A stretch of DNA of 64,000 nt from Planctomycetota bacterium (GTDB lineage: Bacteria > Planctomycetota > UBA8742 > UBA2392). The notes under the pieces were generated by a model that was given only the letters and a program-made list of their open reading frames with translations, did not search any database and was not told the origin of the DNA. The DNA is taken from the NCBI GenBank assembly GCA_016712285.1, contig JADJRK010000001.1, positions 2,821,188-2,885,187 on the forward strand. The letters are read 5' to 3'. Shown in pieces: positions 56,869 to 64,000 of this stretch. Each line of letters opens with the position of its first letter. Position 1 is the first letter of the stretch. A program made the translations under genes and the position numbers.

Positions 56869-58045
56869 GAAAGCGGTTGTTGCCGAGAAACCGATGTTCG
56901 TGCTGACCGTGGCCGGGCTGGGGTTCTTCCTGCTCAGCTTCGTGGGCATGGGGCTTGGCCCGTGGTTGGGCCTTGAGCTGGGCATGGAGCCGCCCGAGGA
57001 ATTCGTCAATCCATACGAGGACGAAGCCGGCGAAATCAACGCCATCGGCCGCGGCCGCAAGGTCTACATTCGTGAGGCGTGCTGGCACTGCCACAGCCAG
57101 TTCGTGCGTCCCGTTGCCAACGAAGAGTTCCGGTACGGCCCTGTCAGCCAGGCGTGGGAGTACATGTACGACGTGCCCAACACGTTCGGCACCCGCCGCA
57201 TCGGGCCCGACCTGGCGCGCGAAGCCGGCCGCCGCAGCGATGACTGGCACTTCGCGCACCTGTGGAACCCGCGTAGCACTGTGCCGGCCAGCATCATGCC
57301 CAAGTACAAGTGGCTGTTCACGGAAAGCGCCGACGGCATTGAGCCAACGCAGGACGCGCAGGACCTGGTGGCCTACCTGCAATACCTGGGCATCAACTTC
57401 AAGCAGGACGTGCGCCGGCAGGTATGGCCCGAGCGCGTGGTTGTGTCAGGTGCGCCCGTGACGACACCCGAAGCCGGGCGGCGCGGCGAGGAACTGTTCA
57501 ACAAGTACTGCACCGGCTGCCACGGCGAAAGCGGCAACGGGCAAGGCATGGCATCGCCGTTTCTCAAGCCGTCTGCGGCGGACCTGACGACACGATACCT
57601 GCCGCGCGAAGAAGTCTTCCGCATCCTGTTCATGGGCAGCGAGGGCAGCAGCATGCCCAGCTTCAGCGAACTGACTGAAAAGGACCTGTGGGCGATCAGC
57701 CAGCACGTGCACTACATAGGCCGCGACGTCCGTGCCGAAGCGCTGAAACCCGCGGCAAACGCGCAGCTGGTGGCGCGCGGCCGCGAGGTCTACGACCGCT
57801 CGTGCAAGAGCTGCCACGGTGAAGACGGTCTGGTGCCCGAGATCATGGAAAAGGCGCTGAAACCCGCACCCAAGCACTTCCGCGACCGGGTCTATCAGCC
57901 TGCCTACGTGCGCAAGGTGATCGACGAGGGCCGGCCCGGCACGACTATGGCGTCGTTCGCTCACCTGCCTTCGGAAGACAAGGATGCGCTGGTCGCCTAC
58001 CTGGCCAGCCTGTTCGACGCCGACAAGTACAAGGAGAAACCATGA
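56858..58045 (+). CDS. fused cbb3 oxidase subunit II (CcoO, monoheme) with a C-terminal diheme cytochrome c domain (CcoP-like)
   Basis: Track ORF 56813..58045; ATG 56858 preceded by GGAG; TM anchor, then CWHCH (CcoO-like) plus two further CxxCH motifs (CTGCHG, CKSCHG). Confidence 0.75.
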   Translation: MSNEKAVVAEKPMFVLTVAGLGFFLLSFVGMGLGPWLGLELGMEPPEEFVNPYEDEAGEINAIGRGRKVYIREACWHCHSQFVRPVANEEFRYGPVSQAWEYMYDVPNTFGTRRIGPDLAREAGRRSDDWHFAHLWNPRSTVPASIMPKYKWLFTESADGIEPTQDAQDLVAYLQYLGINFKQDVRRQVWPERVVVSGAPVTTPEAGRRGEELFNKYCTGCHGESGNGQGMASPFLKPSAADLTTRYLPREEVFRILFMGSEGSSMPSFSELTEKDLWAISQHVHYIGRDVRAEALKPAANAQLVARGREVYDRSCKSCHGEDGLVPEIMEKALKPAPKHFRDRVYQPAYVRKVIDEGRPGTTMASFAHLPSEDKDALVAYLASLFDADKYKEKP

Positions 58046-58236
58046 ACCTTGCCTGCTTCTTCTGCGATGAGGGTGCCTACAACACGGCGCTGTTCGTGGT
58101 GACCATCTTCGGGCTGTTCTTCATGGGCATGTTCATGCTGTGCGTGGGTTACTGGAAAGCCGGCGCCTTCAAGGCTTCCAACCAGACCGAACTCAGGGTG
58201 CTTGAAGCGGAGGGCATCATGGAGGAACGGTCATGA
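58042..58236 (+). CDS. small single-TM protein (CcoQ-like accessory subunit, tentative)
   Basis: 64-aa ORF overlapping the upstream stop as ATGA; one hydrophobic helix; position within the cbb3 operon. Confidence 0.45.
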   Translation: MNLACFFCDEGAYNTALFVVTIFGLFFMGMFMLCVGYWKAGAFKASNQTELRVLEAEGIMEERS

Positions 58237-58412
58237 GCAACGACACCACTCAGCCCGCCCCGCCGGACAGCGAATCGATCGATACAGAAATTCCCGGCAT
58301 GGAGAACCCGAAGATACCGCTGTGGATCAAGCTGATGTGGCTTGGCGCGGTGCTGTTCATCCTGTGGTACATCATCTTCGGCTTGCAGGCATCGCCGACA
58401 ACGTGGGCTTAG
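58233..58412 (+). CDS. 59-aa ORF resembling the FixP N-terminal TM domain of CcoP (not in ORF track)
   Basis: Translated by hand: MSNDTTQPAPPDSESIDTEIPGMENPKIPLWIKLMWLGAVLFILWYIIFGLQASPTTWA; ENPxIPLW plus TM helix resembles the FixP_N segment; ATGA overlap with the preceding ORF. Confidence 0.45.
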   Translation: MSNDTTQPAPPDSESIDTEIPGMENPKIPLWIKLMWLGAVLFILWYIIFGLQASPTTWA

Positions 58413-58428
58413 GGCAGGCTAAATAGTC

Positions 58429-58456
58429 GCGGCGCGGACCGTGTGGTCCGCGCCGC
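58429..58456. terminator. GC-rich hairpin between convergent genes (end of cbb3 operon)
   Basis: 12-bp perfect stem gcggcgcggacc-gtgt-ggtccgcgccgc followed by aattcttc. Confidence 0.5.
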
Positions 58457-58463
58457 AATTCTT

Positions 58464-60689
58464 CTATCGGCCGTAGCTGCCTACCGCCACGACATCGCCC
58501 AGGCTGGTGAGCCTTTCCATGCTGTCGGTGCGGCTGTCCCATGCCCACAGTTCGCCGTAGGTGACGTTGCCGTCGGGTCGGTACATTACGCAGTAGGCGA
58601 CGTAAGCCTTCGCGTCCAGTGCCATCGACTGGCAGCTCTGGCCCGCAAGCTGCATCCAGCGACGTCCGCCGGCGCCGCCTGTTTCTATGGTCGCCACGCC
58701 GATGCCCGGCGCGCCATAGACAGATTCACCCATGGTCGCGTTGGTCCAGCACGAATAGCAGAAGTATGCGTTGTCGCTGGTCCAGGCGCCTTCGCTGTTG
58801 TACGCGGGCTCAAACGCAGCGTTCGCGATGGACTTGATCAGCTTGCCGTCGGGACCCCATACGCCGACGTGGCTGCCGTTGGCCGTGAACGCGAACATCT
58901 TGCCATTCGGGCTGCAGGCAAAGCCGCCGTTCATCATGTCCAGCGCTTCGCCGAACTTGTGCTCTGCAAACGTGTGCTCGGGGTAGCCCACGGCCATGGC
59001 ACTGTTCCAGCCGTCGTACACGTGCCAGATCTCTCCGCCACGCCAGGTCGGGCGGCCCAGCGCCTGTCGCGTGCGGTGGCTGTTGATGCGGACATCACCC
59101 ATGTCGTAGACGCCGCCTTCAGTGGGCAGAATCACGCTGCCCGCACCCGCCCAGCGCTTCATGACGTCGTTCTCGCCGCGCGTTTTGCCGTTGCGGTAGA
59201 TCAGCGGGAGTGTGCCCTGGATGTCCACGTATAGCGAATGGCCGACGGGCACACCGGCCAGGCTGAACGTGCCGTCCGAGTTGATCACGCCGCGGCAGAC
59301 CGTGTGGTCAACAATAATCGAGCCCGTGAACCCATCGTTTCGGTCGCGTCCGCCCATGGGGTCGTCGTCGTACCACACGATGCGGCCCTTGAGTGTGCAT
59401 GTCTGCTCAGACTTCAGCGGCTGCGCGATGCCCTTGTTGTCGGCCCAGCGGGGGCTGATCTGGTTGACCGTGCCGGACTCAAGCTCAAGCACGAACACGT
59501 CGCGCTCGAACGAGCATATGCCGCTGTTGAGATTGCTGGAGAAGGCAACGCGCTTGCGGTCAGGAGAGACGGCGATCTGCGAGACAGTTGTGCCCTCCCA
59601 CAGTGTGAGCAGGTTCTTCACTACCTTCTTCGTCTTGGTGTCAAAGGCCTGCAGTCGGGTGACCTTGCCGTTGTTGCGGCCGATCACGATTTCGTGTTCC
59701 TCCAGCGCCCGGAATTTCTCGCCCAGTACTTTGCCCGTTTCGCCTTTTTCCGGCCCGGCGCTGCCGTTGTCGGGCTTGGCGTCGATCACTTTGCCGTAGC
59801 TGTATGTGTAGCTCTCCTTGAGCGTGGCGTTTGCCTCAATGTCTGCGCCTGACAATTTGCCTTTGGCTTTGAGTGTGCCGCTCCAGCCCAGGCTCACCAT
59901 GCGGCCCTCAGTTGCGTTGAACACGGCCTCGCCGCTCAGTGTGGACTCAGTGGTGTATCGCGTTGAGGACGCATCATCGAACTCGTTGATCTGCTCGGTG
60001 AAGTGCGTGAACTTGATTGCCAGCTTCAACTTGACTGTCAGGCCCTCGTCTCGGGCCATGTTCATTCCTGACACCGTAGCGGTGATGTCATGGGACTTGA
60101 TGACGTCACTCGCGCTGAATCCCCCAAGAATGCCGATTTGCGCCGGCTGCAACTTGAAGCTGTCGCCCACGCTTACCGACTTGCCGTGCGCAATCACGGG
60201 CTGCCGCTCGCCACAGGCGGCTCCTTGGTTCTCGGCGTCGATCAACGCGCTCGGTTTGACGGCCAGGCTGCGCGAACCATCAGCCGCCACAGCCAGCACG
60301 AACGAGACGTTGGCTTTCCAATCCTGGCCATCGGTGATCATTTCCTCTGGGCCCTTGCCCATATCCAACACCTGCATGTTCTTGCGCATGATCGCGCCGT
60401 AGCTGCGCCAGAGCTGGGTCACCCGGCTGCCATCCATGCCGGTGATCCACTCGTCCACGTCACGATGGATGGTGAACCCGAAGCGGTTGTCTGTGGCCCA
60501 GTCTTTGCCGGGACTGTAAGTCACGGTAGACGCGAACTCGACGGTTTCACTGGTGCGCCGCAGCGTGCCGACTTCAAGCTTTTCGGCCAGCACGGCCGAT
60601 TCCTGCGCCATCACAACTTTCGGTGACTGCGTGTTGCCGACCGACCAGATGACCAGCATCGCTGCACTCAAAGCAACCAGGCGTCCCAT
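58464..60689 (-). CDS. large secreted hypothetical protein (beta-propeller-like)
   Basis: 741 aa, N-terminal signal peptide, beta-rich Gly/Asp/Trp-containing repeats; no catalytic motif recognised. Confidence 0.55.
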   Translation of the reverse strand: MGRLVALSAAMLVIWSVGNTQSPKVVMAQESAVLAEKLEVGTLRRTSETVEFASTVTYSPGKDWATDNRFGFTIHRDVDEWITGMDGSRVTQLWRSYGAIMRKNMQVLDMGKGPEEMITDGQDWKANVSFVLAVAADGSRSLAVKPSALIDAENQGAACGERQPVIAHGKSVSVGDSFKLQPAQIGILGGFSASDVIKSHDITATVSGMNMARDEGLTVKLKLAIKFTHFTEQINEFDDASSTRYTTESTLSGEAVFNATEGRMVSLGWSGTLKAKGKLSGADIEANATLKESYTYSYGKVIDAKPDNGSAGPEKGETGKVLGEKFRALEEHEIVIGRNNGKVTRLQAFDTKTKKVVKNLLTLWEGTTVSQIAVSPDRKRVAFSSNLNSGICSFERDVFVLELESGTVNQISPRWADNKGIAQPLKSEQTCTLKGRIVWYDDDPMGGRDRNDGFTGSIIVDHTVCRGVINSDGTFSLAGVPVGHSLYVDIQGTLPLIYRNGKTRGENDVMKRWAGAGSVILPTEGGVYDMGDVRINSHRTRQALGRPTWRGGEIWHVYDGWNSAMAVGYPEHTFAEHKFGEALDMMNGGFACSPNGKMFAFTANGSHVGVWGPDGKLIKSIANAAFEPAYNSEGAWTSDNAYFCYSCWTNATMGESVYGAPGIGVATIETGGAGGRRWMQLAGQSCQSMALDAKAYVAYCVMYRPDGNVTYGELWAWDSRTDSMERLTSLGDVVAVGSYGR

Positions 60690-61008
60690 GGCTTCTCCCT
60701 TTCAGGCCCGTGAGTCTGTGACGGAAGGCAGATTGTAGGAAGGCATCGACAGGCTGACAGCCCTTCGTCGCCGGGCTGAGCGGTGCCCGGAGTCAGATAC
60801 AGTACGGGTGAGGCCACGCTGCCGTTACGCCAATCGTTAGCCTTGGGCGCACAAGGGTTTACGGCCCGTTTTCACACTCGCGCTTGGGTCCGTGGGCCAA
60901 GGCACCCACTGCGCCGGCACTTGATCGGGAAAACGACGCCACCGGCGGTGATTCGGATGCGCCACTGGAAAGTGCCGCTACAATTCCTCGCGCTTCAGCG
61001 GGGACTGA

Positions 61009-61974
61009 ATGACCGACGACACCGTGATGACGCATGCCACGCGCGACTTTCTTGCGCTGCGTCACGATTGGACCTTCGAGCGCGCATTGCGCGAGATCCG
61101 CGACCGGCAGGTACCCGGGCCGATTCTCTACTTCTATGTGACCGACGATGCCGGCCGCCTGATGGGGGTGCTGCCGACACGGTCGCTGCTCGTGGCGCCG
61201 CTCGACATGCGCCTTGAAGAGAAGATGGTCAAGCGCGTGGTGTCGTTGCCGCACACCATGAAGCTCAGCGACGCCTCGGAACTGTTCGTGATGCACCGCT
61301 TTCTCGCACTGCCCGTGGTTGACGAGCAACGCCGCGTCGTTGGCGTAATCGACGTGAACGCATTCACCGAGCAGGTCTTCGACGTGGCTGAGCGGCGCAA
61401 CTTCGACACCATGTTCGAAGCCATCGGTCTGCGCGTCTCTGAGGCCCGCGACGCCTCGCCTCTGCGGGCGTTCCGGTTGCGGTTTCCGTGGCTGACTGCA
61501 ACCATCGCCGGCGGCACGGCGTGTGCCCTGTTGTCGTCGCTGTTTGGCGCAACGCTTGAACAAAGCATTGTGCTGGCCTTCTTCCTTACCCTGGTGCTGG
61601 GCCTGGGCGAATCCGTGGCTGCTCAGTCGATGACGCTGGCCGTGCAATTACTGCGCACGAACAAGCCGACGCTGGGCTGGTTCGCCAAAAGAGCAACGCG
61701 CGAACTTGCCACTGCGTTGCTGCTCGGCGCTGTCTGCGGCGCGGTCGTTGGCGGCATCGTGCAAGCATGGCATGGTGATGTCGTGGCCGCAGTCACGATC
61801 GGCGGCAGTATCATGGCCGCGATCACATGTGCCGCGTTGCTGGGACTCGGCGTTCCATCGCTGCTCCATGCACTGAAGCTTGACCCGCGGGTTGCAGCCG
61901 GCCCGCTGACCTTGGCGCTGTCCGACCTGGCAACGATCGGCATCTACTTCAGCATCGCCACTGCAATGCTGTAG
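61009..61974 (+). CDS. MgtE-like magnesium transporter (CBS pair plus MgtE TM domain, short form)
   Basis: CBS-like segments (VVSLPHTMKLSDASELF, ALPVVDEQRRVVGVIDVNA) followed by hydrophobic helices ending LSDLATIGIYFSIAT; lacks the usual MgtE N-domain. Confidence 0.6.
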   Translation: MTDDTVMTHATRDFLALRHDWTFERALREIRDRQVPGPILYFYVTDDAGRLMGVLPTRSLLVAPLDMRLEEKMVKRVVSLPHTMKLSDASELFVMHRFLALPVVDEQRRVVGVIDVNAFTEQVFDVAERRNFDTMFEAIGLRVSEARDASPLRAFRLRFPWLTATIAGGTACALLSSLFGATLEQSIVLAFFLTLVLGLGESVAAQSMTLAVQLLRTNKPTLGWFAKRATRELATALLLGAVCGAVVGGIVQAWHGDVVAAVTIGGSIMAAITCAALLGLGVPSLLHALKLDPRVAAGPLTLALSDLATIGIYFSIATAML

Positions 61975-62027
61975 CCAGATGCGTTGCTTCTGTTCTATCG
62001 GCCCGCCGCGTCGCTATAACCTGCCAC

Positions 62028-64000
62028 ATGCACTTTCTTGCCGAGACCGAGCTTGAGCACCTGGGCTTCCTGATTGACCTGGGGGTTGTGCTCGGTGCCG
62101 GCGTGATTGCGTCGCTGCTGATGGCAACGCTGCGCCTGCCTGCGGTCACCGGACTGTTGCTGGCCGGGGCAATCTGCGGGCCGTTCGGGTTTGCGCTGGT
62201 CGAGGACCAGGGCACGATCAATACACTTGCCGAAGTGGGCGTGGTGCTGCTGCTGTTCACCATCGGCCTCGAGTTTCCGCTTTCGCGCTTCCTGCGCATC
62301 GGCAAAACGCTGGCCATTGGCGGCAGTTTGCAGGTCGGCCTGACCAGCGCCGCAGTCATCGGCGCCTGCATGCTGCTTGGGCTTGAGTTCAAGTTCGCCG
62401 TGCCGATCGGATTTGCCGTGGCGTTGTCCAGCACCGCGATCGTGCTGCGCGGCTTGTCGGACCGTGGAGAAGTCGATGCGCCCCACGGCCGCTTCATCGT
62501 CGGCACGCTGCTGTTTCAAGACTTGTGTGTGATCCCGATGATGCTGGTGCTGCCGGTGTTGGCTGGCAGCGGGACAGCACTCGACATTGTGCAAAGCACT
62601 GCCATCAGCCTGGGCCTGGCAACGGCAGCCGTTGTGCTGACTTACATCGTGTCGAGAGTCCTGCTGCCGCCATTGCTGCGCCGCGTTGACAAAACCCGAA
62701 GCCGCGAAAGCTTCGTGCTGGCCATTCTGTCGATCTGCCTTGGAATCGCCCTGGCGACCGGCTATGCGGGCCTGAGCCTTGCGTTGGGCGCGTTTCTGGC
62801 GGGGATTGTGCTTGCGGACTCGCCGTTTGCGAATCGCGCGCTGACAGAAGTGATGCCGTTGCGCGACGTGCTGACCGGCTTGTTTTTCATCTCGCTGGGC
62901 ATGATGTTTGATTGGCGTGCGCTTGTTGAGGGGCCGCTGATCGTGGGCGGTGTCTTTCTGGCCATATTCTTCGGCAAGGCGCTGCTGGCGACCATTGCCG
63001 CGATGGTCATGCGCTTTCCGCCGCGCGCGGCCATTGTCGCAGGCCTTGGCTTGGCCCAGTTTGGCGAGTTCGGGTTCGTGCTGCTGAACAACGCAGCCGC
63101 CCTGGACACTCCATTGTTTGACGTGCAGGGCGACGGCCGCTGGTTGTGGGCCGCGGCCTTGATCACCATGTTCATCACGCCGCTTGTGCTTCGGTTCTCG
63201 CCGCACCTGGCGGCAGGGGCTCGGCTGCTCAAGCCGCTGGAAAGGCTCCTGGGAGCGCGCGGCATGGACGAGCCCGCCAAGGGCGACGCCGGACTGTCTG
63301 ATCATGTCGTAGTCGCCGGCTATGGCGTGTCCGGGCGCATGGTGGTCAGCGCGCTAAAGACCGTCGGCATTCCATACCTGATTCTGGAAATGAACGCCGA
63401 GACAGTGCGCGCAGCCCAGGCGGCCAACGAGCCCGCCTACTACGCCGACGTCAGCAGCGACGAGGCGCTGCACCACGCGCGCGTAGAGCATGCCCGCGCG
63501 TTCGTGCTGACAATCAACGACCCCGGGGCTGTGCAACGCTCGATCGACACCGTGCGTCGCGTCGCGCCCAACGTGCCGCTGCTGGTGCGTGCCCGCTATC
63601 TGGCTGAGCGCGACACATTTCTCAAGCTGGGTGCGTCCGAAGTCGTCAGCGGCGAGCTCGAAGGCGCAGTCGAGATCATGGCCCGCGTGCTGCGCCTGAT
63701 GGATATCCCGCGCAACCTAATTGACCGCGAAGTCGCGCTCGTCCGTGAACGCACACAGACGTCGGTCCGCGAGCACACGATACCGCGAGCAACGCTGGCG
63801 GCCTTCAGCATGCTCAAGGACCTGAAAATCGAAACCTTTCTCGTTGAGCCGGAGTCGAGCGCCGCTGCCAAGTCATTGCGAGACTTGAACTTACGCAAAG
63901 TCACCGGGGCTACGGTCATTGCCGTCAGCCGCGGGCCCCAAGTGATGGACAACCCGGCCCCCACCATGCCGCTGCAGCCGGGCGACATGGTCTACCTGCT
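62028..64000 (+). CDS. CPA2-family cation:proton antiporter with RCK/TrkA-N domain (3' end cut by window edge)
   Basis: Hand translation from ATG 62028 (MHFLAETELEHLGFLIDLGVV...) gives Kef-type TM helices; in-frame DHVVVAGYGVSGRMV Rossmann motif at about 63300; absent from track because no stop in window; minus ORF 61995..63305 is its low-complexity antisense shadow. Confidence 0.75.
   Translation, partial: MHFLAETELEHLGFLIDLGVVLGAGVIASLLMATLRLPAVTGLLLAGAICGPFGFALVEDQGTINTLAEVGVVLLLFTIGLEFPLSRFLRIGKTLAIGGSLQVGLTSAAVIGACMLLGLEFKFAVPIGFAVALSSTAIVLRGLSDRGEVDAPHGRFIVGTLLFQDLCVIPMMLVLPVLAGSGTALDIVQSTAISLGLATAAVVLTYIVSRVLLPPLLRRVDKTRSRESFVLAILSICLGIALATGYAGLSLALGAFLAGIVLADSPFANRALTEVMPLRDVLTGLFFISLGMMFDWRALVEGPLIVGGVFLAIFFGKALLATIAAMVMRFPPRAAIVAGLGLAQFGEFGFVLLNNAAALDTPLFDVQGDGRWLWAAALITMFITPLVLRFSPHLAAGARLLKPLERLLGARGMDEPAKGDAGLSDHVVVAGYGVSGRMVVSALKTVGIPYLILEMNAETVRAAQAANEPAYYADVSSDEALHHARVEHARAFVLTINDPGAVQRSIDTVRRVAPNVPLLVRARYLAERDTFLKLGASEVVSGELEGAVEIMARVLRLMDIPRNLIDREVALVRERTQTSVREHTIPRATLAAFSMLKDLKIETFLVEPESSAAAKSLRDLNLRKVTGATVIAVSRGPQVMDNPAPTMPLQPGDMVYL

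Noticed and set aside
61995-63305. 436-aa minus-strand ORF
   Set aside because: His/Gln/Arg-rich low-complexity translation; the + strand encodes a CPA2 antiporter with TM helices and a TrkA-N Rossmann motif in frame.
1-64000. CRISPR arrays, rRNA genes, prophage structural genes
   Set aside because: No regularly spaced direct repeats with unique spacers, no rRNA-like conserved stretches and no capsid/terminase/integrase-like ORFs were seen; this is a by-eye assessment only.

Overview
High-GC (roughly 65-68% by eye) bacterial chromosomal segment, densely coding on both strands: about 60 protein-coding genes, with no rRNA, tRNA or CRISPR array recognised by eye. All calls come from reading the six-frame translations and the DNA directly; no database search or folding was run, so family names are motif-level inferences. 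Most of the window is housekeeping: infC-rpmI-rplT, thyX, dut, rsfS, cysteine synthase with a JAMM/Mec+ partner, a cbb3-type cytochrome oxidase operon, proteases (M3, M48, TldD/PmbA), transporters (DMT, MFS, ABC MacB-like, CPA2) and several large secreted proteins with carboxypeptidase-regulatory-like repeats. Both window edges cut genes that the ORF track cannot show: a CHASE2 adenylate cyclase on the minus strand at 1-2747 and a CPA2 antiporter on the plus strand from 62028. Several long ORFs in the track are antisense shadows of real genes. The best candidate for an undescribed system is a low-GC three-gene operon of unknown function (12344-14114) next to an IS200-like transposase with REP-like hairpins. 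A second lower-GC four-gene cassette (23952-25497) ends in a MazF/PemK-like toxin. Other points worth a second look are an unusually organised cbb3 operon with an untracked 59-aa ORF, a frameshifted Na+/Ca2+ exchanger, a nested-hairpin element between mec and cysM, and a ~32-nt motif repeated three times in the infC-rpmI-rplT spacers.
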